Positions 22,914 through 36,392 of a DNA stretch of 64,000 nt are shown in pieces. Both the position numbers and the translations under genes were made by a program. The DNA is taken from NCBI GenBank assembly GCA_964016885.1, contig OZ024740.1, positions 300,576,001-300,640,000 on the forward strand, read 5' to 3'. Every line of letters begins with the position of its first letter. The first letter of the stretch is position 1. The notes under the pieces were generated by a model. It was not told the DNA's origin. It saw only the letters and a list, made by a program, of their open reading frames with translations, and did not search any database. The stretch comes from Eledone cirrhosa (Eukaryota).

Positions 22914-25903
22914 AATGTGTTCTAAGAAATATCCCTCAGGCAGACAAAGTCATCGTGCTTGGTGACTTTAATGCTAGAGTGGGTAGGGATTTTAACACAT
23001 GGAATGTAATCGGAAGGCATGGGGTGGGAAAGTGTAACAGCAATGGTATGCTCTTGCTGCAGATGTGTGAGGAGCTGGATCTGTGTGTTACCAGCACCAT
23101 GTTCCAACAAAAGAACAAATTCAAGACCACATGGATGCATCCTGCATCTAAGGAATGGCATCTTTTGGACTACGTCCTAGTCAGGATGCGTGACAGACAG
23201 GATGTGCAGTGTGTTCGTGTTCTTCGTGGAGCTGAGTGCTGGATGGACCACCGCCTGGTACGCGCAAAAGTGAATCTAATCACCAAACGTAAAATCCGGG
23301 CTCCTGGTGTTACCCTGCCCAAAAGATTGAATGCTGCTCGTCTTAAGGATAAAAATGTGAAGAGGACATTGGAAGAAGAGATGCAGGCTGCAGATCTTGG
23401 TGAGGATTGGCCGACCCTTAAAAAGTCGGTTTATGATGTAGGCAGACGTGTTCTGGGATTGGTGCAGAGAAAACATCAGGACTGGTTTAATGAGAATGAT
23501 GTACATATAGAAGACTTGTTGGCTGATAAGAGGCGTGCTCTGTCACGCTACTTGACGGCAAAACCACAGGAGAGGAATACGTTGCATGAGGAGCTCAGGG
23601 ATGTAAAATCACATGTTAGGCGGAGTCTTTCTCAGATGAAGGATCAGTGGTGGAGTGAGAAGGCTGGTGAGATACAAACTGCGTCTGATTGCAATAACAC
23701 AAAGCTGTTGTACAGTCTCTTGCGTGGGGTTTATGGACCGTCTTCTTCTCTCGTGACACCGATTCGCAGCAAGGATGGCAAAGAACTTCTTCGTGACTCA
23801 CAGGGAATTCTACGAAGGTGGCGAGAGCACTTTGATCATCTTTTGAATCAGCCGTCTTTCGTCAGTGAAGATTTCCTCAATCTCATTCCGGAAAGTCCTG
23901 TGAAAGTAGCTCTCGCAGAACCTCCGACGCTTGTGGAGGTTGCAGTGGCTATTTCGAAGCTGAACAGTGGAAGATCTCCAGGTATGGATGGCATACATGC
24001 TGAGCTCCTACAATATGGTGGTGAGAGACTCCTGCAACATCTTCACTCTCTGTTTGGAAGGATATGGGCTAATGAATCCGTGCCTGAGGACTGGAGAGAT
24101 GCAGTAATGGTGGTCTTGTACAAGGGAAAGGGTAACAGGAATGATTGTGGGAACTACAGAGGTATATCATTGCTTTCTGTCGTAGGGAAAGTTTTATGTA
24201 GGGTGCTTCTGGACCGTCTGCTGACACATATTGCAGATTGTGTCCTTCCTGAAAGTCAATCTGATTTTCGTGCTGGACGCGGCACTACTGAAATGATCTT
24301 CTCAGCTGGACAGCTCCAGGAGAAGTGCATTGAACAAGGCTTGGATCTGTATCAGGTTTTTGTCGATCTGACAAAGGCTTTCGATACTGTCAACAGAGTT
24401 GCATTATGGAAGGTTCTCCAGAAACTTGGTTGCCCTGATAAGTTCCTTGCTTTAGTTAGGCCTTTCCATGACGACATGAAGGCTTGGGTTAATGTCGGAG
24501 GTAACATGTCGGAGCCTATCTCAGTAAAAAATGGAGTGAAACAGGGGGATATTCCAGCACCGACCCTGTTTGCCATATACTTTGCAATGGTTTTCTGTAT
24601 TGCATTCAGGAATTGCGAGCATGGTGTTTACATCCGATATCGAACCTCAGGCAGCATATTTAACATCAGGCACTTTGCTGCGAAGACAAAAGTATTTACA
24701 TCAGTCATAAGAGACCTCTTGTATGCAGATGATTGCGATCTTGTAGCGCACACAGAGAGTGATATGCAGCACATTTTGAATGTATTTTCTGACGCTTGCA
24801 CTGCCCTGGGTTTGACTGTCAGTCTCAAGAAAACCGTCGTCATGTACCAACCTGCCCCTAGTAAGCAGTACACTGAACCAAACATCTATGTGTATGGCAA
24901 ACGACTTGGAGTCGTTGATCAGTTTGTCTACCTGGGAAGCACTGTCAATCGATACGGCAACCTTGACAGTGAAATCTCACTTAGGATTAGGAAAGCAAGT
25001 GATGCTTTCGGAAAGCTAGAAAGGCGACTCTGTGGTCGGCGAGACATATGCAGGAGGACAAAGGTAAAGGTGTACAGGGCATGTGTACTCTCTTGTCTTC
25101 TTTATGCCTGCGAGACCTGGGTCACATATCGACGCCACCTTAAGCAATTGGAGCGTTTCCATCAGATGTGTCTCAGACGGATCCATGGCGTTCACTGGAG
25201 GGACCACATCAGTGATGTCGAGATTTTGGAAAGCACTATGTGTGACAGTATAGAAGCTCTTGTGCTTAAGCAACGACTCCGTTGGAGTGGTCACCTTGCC
25301 AGGATGAAGGATTCTAGAATACCAAAACAACTCTTCTATGGAGAGTTGGTTAAAGGAAAACGACCGCCACATAAACCAAAAAAGAGGTATACGGATTCCT
25401 TGAAAGCCTCTCTGAAAGACGCTAACATCTCTGCTGATACATGGGAAAATATTGCTGCTGATCGTAATAAATGGAGAAAGACTGTATATGAGGGAAAAGT
25501 TGCCTTTGAGGCATCTCGAATCGCACACGAGAAAGTAAAGCGGGACGTGAGGAAGGGCATTGCTGTTGCACTTCCTGACGGCGAGGGTCCTCCTATGGTT
25601 CTGACATGCAGCGTCTGTGCGAGACTCTGCCTAAGCAAAGCTGGACTCGAAAGTCATCTTCGCAGTCATAAAGTAAGACCAGTGGTTGACTACCAGGCTG
25701 CTGTTGGAGATGCTACTCATCATGCTTGCCAAACATGTGGTAGAGAATGTAAATCAGCAGGAGGGCTCAAGCGACATGCAAAAGTACACGAACTCCAACC
25801 ACAGCCGACTATTTCCAGTGAATGTTTTGGTTGCCGACTCTGTGCAAGACATTTTAGATCATTGGCTGGGCTAAAAAGCCACATTCGATCGCAGCACTGT
25901 TAG
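22910..25903 (+). CDS. RTE ORF continuation: APE C-half, reverse transcriptase, three C2H2 zinc fingers
   Basis: 997 open codons with GDFNARVG, LDYVL, DH, SPGMDG, NYRGISLL, DLTKAFDTV, GVKQG, LYADD, FVYLGS and RLRWSGH, then three CxxC-x12-H-x3/4-H motifs. Confidence 0.95.
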   Translation: MKCVLRNIPQADKVIVLGDFNARVGRDFNTWNVIGRHGVGKCNSNGMLLLQMCEELDLCVTSTMFQQKNKFKTTWMHPASKEWHLLDYVLVRMRDRQDVQCVRVLRGAECWMDHRLVRAKVNLITKRKIRAPGVTLPKRLNAARLKDKNVKRTLEEEMQAADLGEDWPTLKKSVYDVGRRVLGLVQRKHQDWFNENDVHIEDLLADKRRALSRYLTAKPQERNTLHEELRDVKSHVRRSLSQMKDQWWSEKAGEIQTASDCNNTKLLYSLLRGVYGPSSSLVTPIRSKDGKELLRDSQGILRRWREHFDHLLNQPSFVSEDFLNLIPESPVKVALAEPPTLVEVAVAISKLNSGRSPGMDGIHAELLQYGGERLLQHLHSLFGRIWANESVPEDWRDAVMVVLYKGKGNRNDCGNYRGISLLSVVGKVLCRVLLDRLLTHIADCVLPESQSDFRAGRGTTEMIFSAGQLQEKCIEQGLDLYQVFVDLTKAFDTVNRVALWKVLQKLGCPDKFLALVRPFHDDMKAWVNVGGNMSEPISVKNGVKQGDIPAPTLFAIYFAMVFCIAFRNCEHGVYIRYRTSGSIFNIRHFAAKTKVFTSVIRDLLYADDCDLVAHTESDMQHILNVFSDACTALGLTVSLKKTVVMYQPAPSKQYTEPNIYVYGKRLGVVDQFVYLGSTVNRYGNLDSEISLRIRKASDAFGKLERRLCGRRDICRRTKVKVYRACVLSCLLYACETWVTYRRHLKQLERFHQMCLRRIHGVHWRDHISDVEILESTMCDSIEALVLKQRLRWSGHLARMKDSRIPKQLFYGELVKGKRPPHKPKKRYTDSLKASLKDANISADTWENIAADRNKWRKTVYEGKVAFEASRIAHEKVKRDVRKGIAVALPDGEGPPMVLTCSVCARLCLSKAGLESHLRSHKVRPVVDYQAAVGDATHHACQTCGRECKSAGGLKRHAKVHELQPQPTISSECFGCRLCARHFRSLAGLKSHIRSQHC

Positions 25904-25909
25904 TTGCTA

Positions 25910-25979
<70 letters not shown>

Positions 25980-26158
25980 GCTTATGTGCGTGCGAGTGTG
26001 TGTATATATATATGAATATTTATATTATTATTGTTGTTGTCGTTATTATTATTATTGCTGTTATTATTATTATTGTTATTATTATTATTATTGTAATTAA
26101 TGTGTGTGTATATATGTGTGAGTGTATGTATATGTATGTGTGTATGTATATATGTATG

Positions 26159-26193
<35 letters not shown>

Positions 26194-26222
26194 CTTTTTT
26201 TCTTTTCTTTTTTTTATTTATT

Positions 26223-26291
<69 letters not shown>

Positions 26292-26807
26292 TTTTTTTTT
26301 TTCTTGTGCAATGGCCATACTCGATAACGAGGGGGCAGCCATCATCATCATATATGTATGTATGTATGCATGTATGCATATATCTCAGTATGCATGTATG
26401 CATGTATGTATGTATGTTTGTGTGTAAGCATGTATGTATGTAGTTATGTATGTATATATGTATCTAGGCATGTATGCATGCATGTATGTATATATGCATG
26501 TTTCTATATATCTCTGTATGTATGTATGTATGTATGTATGTATGCATGTATGTTTCTATGTATTCGTGTATTCTATGTATGCATGTATGTTTCTATGTAT
26601 TCGTGTATGTATGCATGCATGTATGTATGTATGTATGTTATTTCTGGTTTTACTCTCAGTTTTTTTTCCCCGCATTCATTATTTTTCATTTGCTTTCCTT
26701 TCTGTTCACTCGACCAAACATCCACATTTCTTTCTCTATATATTTACCGATGAAACAATGGCGTCTGAAATACTACGACGGTTTTTTCCCTTCTTATAAA
26801 AACATTA

Positions 26808-26993
26808 TAATAATTGTTTCTACTTTAGGCACAAGGCCAGCAATTACCCAGTACATTACATGTACTTTATTTTATCGAGCCCGTAAGGATGAAAGGCAAA
26901 GTTAACCTCGGCGGGATTTGAACTCAGACTGTAAAGGGACGAAACTATGCTAGAAAGCATGGCGTCCAACCATCTACCGATACTGCCAATGCC
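26808..26993 (-). mobile_element. tRNA-derived SINE
   Basis: Reverse complement of the 13362-13560 element. Confidence 0.9.
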
Positions 26994-27113
26994 AATAAAA
27001 TAGAGGCTTTTTTTCGGCAACTTAAGTAATTTCAAATAAACCCTCACCCGATCACACAAACGCCCACATACACAAACATATACGCACGCACACACACACA
27101 TACACACACATAT

Positions 27114-27234
<121 letters not shown>

Positions 27235-27729
27235 CGTGCGTGCGTATATGTTTGTGTATGTGGGCGTTTGTGTGATCGGGTATATATACATATATATATA
27301 TATATTTATATATGTATATATATAATGTATATATATATATATATATACACATATACATTTTTTCCGTTTATTGTTTTCGGTGCACCCGGCCGATTAACCC
27401 ACTCGATATGCAAATTGGGCTACTCAGCCGTTAATATGCATAAGGTAAGTATATACGTTCAACAATCTGGCAGGAAGGTATGCGTTGCTGACGATAGCTA
27501 ATAAGCTTGAAACTAGTACAGCGTTCCTTTGTCAGTGTTGAACAAACAAGCAACGGTGGTTGCTAGACACTACGGCTTAATACGGGATATTTGTTTACAA
27601 ACACAAAGAGCATTATAATAAGTGTTCGGTGAATCCATACGTGCATATATATATATGTGTGCATGTATGTATATATATATATACATACTACTGTACGTTT
27701 GTATACATATATGTATGTACGTGTACATA

Positions 27730-27780
<51 letters not shown>

Positions 27781-27785
<5 letters not shown>

Positions 27786-29045
27786 TAAAAGGAAAAGAAA
27801 TGGCTGACAAATTGTTCCCAGTGGAAATTAGGAATAAGTAAAAATTAATAATAGTATTGGTTAGTATTCAGTTTTGGTTTTAAGTTTTACTGGTTGCGCA
27901 TTTCTAATGCTTTTCAAAAATAATTTTGAGATAGAGCGCCCGTGATATTTGCTCTAATCTGATTAGTTTTGGAAATTCTACCTGTTTTATGTAAAAAAAG
28001 TGGCTCCAGATATATGAAAAAATTATTGTGGTCAAAAAAATTTGGTCAAAACATGTGGTCAAAACACGTTAAAAGATATTTTTCAGCTCTTGTCTTATAC
28101 GGAGAAGTTTGTGTGTGTATGTCTCTTTGTATGTTAATGTACGCGTGTGTATGTGTGTGTGTATATATGTCTGTGTGTGTGTGTGTGAGAATGTGTGTGT
28201 GTGTGGGGGGGGGGGAACCAGTATTTTTGTTATACTGGTAAAAATGGTGTATATTATTCGATATTTTCAGCAAAAACGATTCTCTCGAGAGAACATCAAC
28301 AACCTTAATAATAAAAGGTGTGAAATGATATATAGTATTGGCATAAAACCAAGGTGTGTGTGAGTGTCCAGATTGTACGTACTGCAAGGGGAATCCATTA
28401 GGCCTTGCCGTATTGGAATACTTGTGTACAGATATGTATGTGCCCATAAGTGTGCAATGCATGTGTGCGTATATGTATGTGTGTGTGTCGGCACGTTTAT
28501 ATCTATAGACATCAAAAGGTATGCAAATTTGTGTATATGTGTGTTGCACCATAGAACATGTGTGTTTACGTATGTCATTGTGTTTAGATGTGGATGGAGA
28601 TGTATGCTGATGTAGGTATGAATGTTGATGTGTGTATGTTGTGGGTTCGTCTTAGGGAGCAGTGTTTAGACGGGGTCCGTATTTGTTAATAAAATGAAAT
28701 TCCTTGCTGATGCGCTTGGTGTGGGTGGCATTATCTTTAAATTTGTAGAGGCGAAAGATTCTGAAGTCGGGATGATTTTGGGCGGCTCATGTATCAATGT
28801 GTTCACTCAGTGGTATTTTCCTGTATTCCCGTATTTTAATTTGGGATCTATGGACAGTCATGCGTTGGCGGAGACAACACGCGTACATTAACATACAAAG
28901 ATACATATATACACACACACACTCACACACACACACTTCTCCGTATAAGACAAGAGCTGAAAAATATCTTTTAACATGTTAAAATATGCCCCACACACGT
29001 ACAGATACATTCCTACTGACCATCCCTCTACCACGAATTACTCTG

Positions 29046-29118
<73 letters not shown>

Positions 29119-29642
29119 TCTTAATAGGCATTTGAACTGTCAACAGGCTGCGGTGCGCACACACATCTTTGCTGACCATTATCACAACAACGAACCTCTT
29201 TACTACTACTACTACACACACACACACACATATTTGTCTTGAAAGACTTATTTTTCAGTGACTTCTCAATCGGCCGAGACAAACCTACATTTGGCGCAAA
29301 ATCAATTTTTAACATTCACATGACCTCTACCGACCAATCAAAATTGTTTTGACCACAAGAATTTTTTCATACATCTGGAGCCACTTTTTTTACATAAAAC
29401 AGGTAGAATTTCCAAAACTAATCAGATTAGAGCAAACATCACGGGCGCTCTATCTCAAAATTACTTTTGAAAAACATTAGAAATGCGCAAAACTTAAAAC
29501 CAAACCTGAATACTAACCAATACTATTACTAATGTTTACTTATTCCTAATTAAACTATTTTTCACTCGGAACAATTTGTCAGCATTTTCTTTTCCTTTTA
29601 CCAATATATCATAACTCGTGTGTTACACCTCTATTCTTTTAA
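27781..29642. mobile_element. Neptune-like PLE insertion: head-to-head 3' ends (27781-28873 minus; ~28874-29642 plus) between (TA)n tracts
   Basis: The arms are inverted copies of each other. 28652-28873(-) translates as LRQRMTVHRSQI..KIPLSEHIDT*..RISKEFHFINKYGPRLN, homologous to the GIY-YIG C-terminus at 38540-38756. Confidence 0.88.
27885..27920 (-). ncRNA. Variant hammerhead-like motif (U3-A8, A13C), diverged copy
   Basis: TTT-TTGAAAA-GCATTAGAAATGC-GCAA-CCAG-TA-AAA. Confidence 0.5.
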
Positions 29643-29727
29643 ATATATATATATATATAGGGAAAGTTGAACCGTTAAAGTATCGTTTTCTTGGTTATCT
29701 CAAAATTTATAAAACAAACTTTGTATT

Positions 29728-29779
29728 TTATCTGATGCAAGCGTACCAAGTTTGTGTACCCTTGAAATATATATAATAG
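29728..29779 (+). ncRNA. Minimal hammerhead-like motif with A9C deviation
   Basis: TTAT-CTGATGC-AAGCGTAC..GTACCCTT-GAAA-TATATA-TA-ATAG then AATAAA; stem III is palindromic. Confidence 0.55.
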
Positions 29780-29920
29780 AATAAAGATGGTTTTATAAAT
29801 ATAGTTTCCATTTATTTAATATCATTGTATATATATATATATGTATTATGCTATGTAAAATGGAAGTTTGTTTCTTTGTTGAACGGCTTTTACACGAAAT
29901 CTTGAATATATTGCTAAAGT

Positions 29921-30088
29921 ATTTGAATTGGCATTATAGGTAGAGGGTCGGACATGCTTTCCAGCCCAGTTACGTCCCTCTATGATCTGAGTTAAAATTG
30001 CCTTTCATCCTTACGGGGTTGATAAAATAAAGTACCAGTAATGTACTGGGTAATTGCTGGTCTTGTGCTAAAACTAGAAACAATTATT
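29921..30088 (+). mobile_element. tRNA-derived SINE (small internal deletion)
   Basis: TTGGCATTATAGGTAGAGGGTCGG..TTGCCTTTCATCCTTACGGGG..GAAACAATTATT. Confidence 0.85.
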
Positions 30089-31376
30089 TGAAACCGCTCT
30101 CTCTCGCTCTATCTCACAGTGTCTCGTTTAATTTTATCTGATTATTTTTTCGATATTTTAACGATTCTTTTCGATATATTTTACATTTTTTTCAAATAAA
30201 ATTAGTAATAATCTAACGGAGCTCGTATGAAGGTCGATGCGGTATGGATGTTATACTCTTTCCGGTATTTTTGCATTGTTTTGGTGCTTTCATTCGCTCC
30301 AATCAACAGTTTGGTACTTTTCACTAATCTGCGAAGACTAGGCCATTAGCCGCTTCATCTTAACAACCACACTGAGAGATTGTGAGATTCCTATGCCCGC
30401 TTATATCACAACTAACTATCTTATCTGGTGCCTGTATCGATACTCGTCACATGGGATACATTCTCTAGCAGAACAGATATGCTGGTGAATAACATTTTGA
30501 AGGATACCTATGTTATTATTATTAGCCACAAAATCATCAGGATAATTTAGGTCAGAAATTATTTCAACTCTTTTACATGATCTGGGGTAGATCGTTGCAG
30601 ATTTTCATATAAATATAGGCTGTACTACGAATACGAATAGACGAACAAATGTCCTCCTGCTTAGCATATTACGTTGTGACCAGAAATCTCCTTCTTTTAA
30701 CATAGCACAACACAGTAGATGTGGACATTAAAAAGTACCTTTTTAGGAAAGTGCACCAGTAAAAGAATTTGAAAAAGGAATGTAAATACTAATACTAAAC
30801 GAGAAAGCGATTGAACTCTTGGGCTGCCTTAAAATGAATAACGTCGTATACATCGTGAGAGCTTAGGTAATATAATAACATTGTGAAAGAAACATCTTAA
30901 CATTAGCCCAGATCGAACATCTCTTCAAGAGATCCAACGAATAGTATTGCACACATTATACTTGAAAATATCTCAATCTAAATACAAATATGAATATTAA
31001 ATACATTTGGATAATTGGAAGCCCAACAATGCGTTTTTGGTAAACATACCAAGGTAATAAGCAAGCAGAAGAATAAAAGAACTAAGTGAAGTTAAATAAA
31101 TGAGTGAGGATGATAGAAAGTTACCTTAGCAATCTTTAATGATCCGAAATATTTTGGGATATTCGCAATGTCGGTCTTACAAATAACGAAATGTATTTCT
31201 TAGTCGTATTTGTATGTCGAATTCCACAATTCTTCAAGCAAACTATAACACCTCTCAAACTAAATATAAATTACAAAATACAAGTAGATTAATAGCAGAA
31301 ATATTAAAATTAGAGCTTTTGAACCAAGTTTGAATTAAACTTTATATGTACAAAGCATTTATTTCCTTCTGTAAAT

Positions 31377-31564
31377 ATTTGTTTCTACTTTTGGCACAAG
31401 GCTAGCAATTACCCAGTGCATTACTGGTACTTTATTTTATCGACCCCGTAAGAATGAAAGGCAAAGTTAACCTCGGCGGGATTTGAACTCAGAATGGCAA
31501 GGGCCGTAACTCTATGCGTCGAAGCATGGCGTCCGACCTTCTACCGATACTGCCAATCCACCGT
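31377..31564 (-). mobile_element. tRNA-derived SINE (first of a tandem pair)
   Basis: Reverse complement of the SINE consensus. Confidence 0.9.
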
Positions 31565-31572
31565 GACTTATT

Positions 31573-31760
31573 AATAATTATTTCTACTTTTGGCACAAGG
31601 CCAGCAATTATCACAGTGTATTACTGGTACTTTATTTTATCGACCACGTAAGGATGAAAGGCAAAGTTAACCTGGCCGGGATTTGAACTCAGAATGAAAG
31701 GGCCGTAACTCTGCGTCAAACCATGGCGTCCGACCATCTACCGATACTGCCAATCCACCA
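31573..31760 (-). mobile_element. tRNA-derived SINE (second of a tandem pair)
   Basis: Reverse complement of the SINE consensus; both copies are followed by GTGACTTATTAATA, which suggests a local duplication. Confidence 0.9.
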
Positions 31761-32660
31761 TTTGTGACTTATTAATATTGCTCTACGCATCTATTTCCAC
31801 AGAAAGTATCTTGGTATGAGATTGTAATAATTATGCCTCTTTCAAATTCAGAAATATGGAGTTCATAGGACACACGCTTAGATGTCCGCCAATCAATGTA
31901 TTTTAAATTATTTTAGTTGGCTGTAGCAAATATTTATGGACCGAGATTTAGTATTTTGTAGTGGTTACACAACGCTTTAAATGTCTATGCTTTTTGAATT
32001 AATTTTGTAGAAATCCGGACCAGAATAATTCTGTCACTGGGAGTGAAATGGATGAAATAACTCCGTGTAATTTCTTGGGAACAGTGATATATTGAACACA
32101 ATATAATTCCCATCAACAAGTCGTCTAAACTTTTATCTACATTAAAGGAACTATTATTTTTGTAAATAGTATTGATTGAATTTTATGAATTTGCAGAACA
32201 TCTAGAAGGAAGGGATGCATAATGACAATAAATTAGAAAATATTTCAGATTATAATATTTTCATTTAAATGAAAATACCAAAATCGATGGTGAAACTAAT
32301 GAAATATTCGTAAATGACTAATATTTTCGATTATGAATGGATTAGTGAAAGATATAACTAGTTCATTGTCAAAATCCCAAAAGGAGGAAAGAAGAATTAA
32401 ATTCAGTTCCTCGGTCCACATTGAACCTAATTTTATTGAAACTGTGGGCGGAAAGTTCCTTAATGAACCGATACAAAAATACTATAAAACATTCTGACTT
32501 CATGATTGATTAAGATTTTGGATTTTTATCTTAATTTGGCAATCCTTTATATATTCTATAAAAATAACAAACACATATCATAGAACTTAACAGCAACAAA
32601 GTAAGATTCGGGTGATATATTAATATTATATTGCTGGTATGAATGTCAATATGATTTGAA

Positions 32661-32716
32661 TTTCTTCTTCTTCTTCTTCTTCTTCTTCTTCTTCTTCTTC
32701 TTCTTCTTCTTCTTCT
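32661..32716. repeat. (TTC)n microsatellite
   Basis: Directly visible. Confidence 0.97.
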
Positions 32717-32836
32717 TTTGCAATTGTTGTTATTGATACTTGTTGTTCCTGTTATAATGAAGTGATATTATTGACTTTATTTCATTACACAAATCATCCT
32801 ACCAAAAAAAATATTGGCAGCGATTTGCGGGAACAT

Positions 32837-32841
32837 CACTA

Positions 32842-32912
<71 letters not shown>

Positions 32913-32925
32913 GCTACTGCTATTT

Positions 32926-33003
<78 letters not shown>

Positions 33004-33052
33004 TTGCTGCTACTACTACTACTGCTGCTGCTGCTGCTGGTACTACTACTAT

Positions 33053-33084
<32 letters not shown>

Positions 33085-33105
33085 ATACTACTGATGCTGA
33101 TGCTG

Positions 33106-33170
<65 letters not shown>

Positions 33171-33189
33171 GCTGCTGCTACTGCTGTTG

Positions 33190-33263
<74 letters not shown>

Positions 33264-33348
33264 GCTGCTGCTGGTACTACTACTACTACTACTACTACTA
33301 CTATTACTGCTACTACTACTGCTGCTGCTGCTGCTACTGCTGCTGCTA
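32837..33348. repeat. Compound (CTA)n/(CTG)n trinucleotide tract, ~510 bp
   Basis: Directly visible; explains the poly-T/S/V/L/Y ORFs. Confidence 0.97.
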
Positions 33349-33357
33349 CGACTATTG

Positions 33358-35560
33358 ATGATAATAATATTTCTTTCCTCATTTGCAATAAGATCGAAAC
33401 ATGAAAGGCAATACAAAATATTAGGGCAGTGGGGATTTACAAAACACTGAAAAAAGTGTAAATAGATAAAAAAAAACAATAAAGTAATATCAATTAATAA
33501 GAGGAACACCACCCGAATAAGAGGAACACCACCAAGAGGTATCTGAGGAAGCCCACAAATCCTAAACCACTCAAATCTCGAAGAGCACCATGGGATGGTA
33601 CCATCCTCACTTTTTTTTTCAAATGGAACTTGAAAACGTCGATTAGGGCTTGGCCGATGAGGAAGGTGTCCGTATTATTTCCTTTCATTCGCGTTCACCA
33701 CACAATCTCTTTCGCTACAGCAACCAGACAGAAGAAAATATGTCTGTCCTTCCCGACCAATAGAAGGTAGTGGGGTGATATTCACAATTGTGTCGTCGGA
33801 TAGCCGGATATGTCCTACATACGCCATTAACTGGTCGATTAAAATCTATAAGTCAGCAATACCCCGGTTACTGGATGGGTGTGCGCTGATCGGTTTCGTC
33901 GCTCTGCGCACGTCTCAGTCAGCTACTCCAAACAGGACTTCCGTGTCTATAGAGTTTGTCTCGAATGAGCAGTGCTAGCCGGTATCACTGTTGGGCAAGG
34001 AATTTCTTGAAATTACCCATAATCTCCGGATCAAACGTTCTCCGAAACAGATTGTTAGTTCACTCCCCTCGACGCCTTGAGGTTCACCTCGACCGTCGTT
34101 TAACTTTCCTAACACTATTCCTCCATAGAACACACAAGGGGAATGTCCAATGAGCGCAATTCCCGATTGATAGAGGTCTGTTTGCCCGAGACCAAATTGC
34201 AGATGTCTGACGATTGGTCTCGGTCATCGTCTGACCCATGACAATAAATTAATCAAAGAGACGAGCTGTGGAATGATGTGCCTAATATTGGGTGATGAGA
34301 CCAGTTCTCTGTTTAGAAATACATGGAAATAACGGTTTTTCAGCGCATATTTGTTCAACATCATCCCCTCCAAATAACGCGTGTTAGCTGCATATGGACC
34401 GCCTCGGTAATAGGACTTGTCCCTTTCAACAAAATGGAAAGAGCAAGTACTCCAATCTAGTGAGGTACGGATCACGCTCGGTATGCCGATCAGGCTGTAA
34501 AAGATTACTGTCGTGATATATGCGTTTGCCAGCTACACCCAACCACCTAAGGATACCTTACATTCTGTACATGTGTGTGTAAAAGTGACTAACCTTTTCG
34601 TTATCTCGTACTTATTATTATCAATGTGGATGGCTAGACCGGACAATTCACCGAGCCACTTGACAAGGCCGTCCATCCAGGTGCCGAGCTGCCAACCCAC
34701 CGACGTTACCGTTAAACATTCATATTCCTTTAAGAATTTGCCGACTAGTTCGATTTCCGAATTGTTCGACTCGCTGACGTCGTCCTTATATTCCACGTCC
34801 CAGCTCGAACGGGATGCCTTGCAACAGCTCCATTTTCCACATACGTAACTCAAGTGTACAGAACAAAGGAGAGAGGACAAACCTAGCGCGTGATTTGAAG
34901 TGGCTTAGGTAGGTGGCCAATTTCTCAGCTCATCTAACACAGGCCGAAGCCCTTTGCAATGATCAAACATTACAAGAGGGGGCCGTGACTAGCTGCCTTT
35001 AAGACAACATCGAGTTATCAAAGGTTGATATTACCGAACGCATTTGATTGATTTAAATCTACCCGAAACGCCCGTAAAGCATGTTTACAGCTTACACTCT
35101 ATGATGTATCGCATGCATGGAGATTGTTGAATATAAATCTGGTCAGAATTGCTCAAGATTGCGCCTAGCCTACTGGAACTTTCACAACAATCGCAAACCA
35201 CGTTGCTAGATGCGAGGCTAAAATGTAAACTGTTTTCAGCCAAGTTATGGGCTATCAATAACCTTCCTTGTTCTCGTCTTCCTAATCATTGTTACTACGC
35301 TCCGACTCATAGGATGGGACATTCTCCCGTTCTGCTGTAGACTGCCTTGCGTACATCGGCGAAAAAAATCTGGCATGTCTAGGAAAAACTAGTAAGACTG
35401 TTCATCTAAACAGATTGATTTGCGTCTCGTACATCCAGCCAGATCTTCCTGTAACCCGGCTGCTGTTATCGACTCTTAGCGGCACACCTCGTTTACTCTC
35501 GCATTAATCCGTCATGGGAAGAACTGTAGACCACTACCGTCATCGACCCCTGTACGCCCC
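33358..35560 (-). mobile_element. Old, heavily decayed Tx1 ORF2 3' portion
   Basis: TDTFLIGQALIDVFKFHLKKKVRM and SVGWQLGTW match the Tx1 copy at 11830 and 12925; ends AAAGAAAT(ATT)n. Confidence 0.8.
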
Positions 35561-36308
35561 GACGATTTGTGCAAATTGAAGCTGAGAAACCACACACATC
35601 TGTTTGGACCTGAGAAAAACAACAACAACAACAACAACAATAATATTAACAACTGTAAAAAAGTAAGCAATATATAATGATAGTATAATTGCAACAAGAA
35701 CAATAATATAAAAAGCAGCCGCCCACATATATAAACAAACAATAAACAGATAATAAATACAGAAATCTTTCCAGTGAGATCGTTAATTTGAAAAGTGGGC
35801 AGCGTTCTTCTATCAAACATCGGAGGTTATGTGACACTAATTGAGTAATTAGTGTACTCTGGTTAGCTACTATTGGCTTTTGTTCAATTAATCAAGTTCA
35901 TCTCTTTACCAAAAATTCGATTAGGGAAATGAATTAAGCAAATATAATACACAAATACACGGCATATGTATATATATATGTTTACATTAACATCGTCACA
36001 CACATAAGCAAACGAGCACACACACATATATGTACATATAAACGGATATATATATATATATGTATGCATATATATATATATAAATGGATATCTCTCTATA
36101 TATACATATGTATTGAACATATACATATGAATATATACATATGTATATGTTTTATAATTTTTAAAAATATATATATGCATTTCCTTTCATACTGTATATA
36201 TGTGCGTGTGTTTATTATCATGAATGTCTGTATATGTTGTAAATATATAAGTATTTTCACGTATGCATGTGTATGTATATCTGTATGTGTATGAGCGTAC
36301 GTCTAAAC

Positions 36309-36353
<45 letters not shown>

Positions 36354-36356
36354 AAT

Positions 36357-36392
<36 letters not shown>

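Larger units (their letters stand above)
21982..26350 (+). mobile_element. Near-intact RTE-clade LINE
   Basis: RTE-type 5'UTR, a single APE-RT ORF with one frameshift, a microsatellite-filled 3'UTR and a GCAGCC(ATC)n end. Confidence 0.93.

Noticed and set aside
28787-28789. In-frame TGA aligned to Cys in the GIY-YIG remnant (possible selenocysteine)
   Set aside because: It is a single substitution from TGY in a decayed copy, seen once, and no SECIS is recognisable downstream.
31995-32100. FCRNPD kringle-like motif after an acceptor-like TTTTGTAG
   Set aside because: The following PWC motif and cysteines are absent and a stop follows; probably chance.
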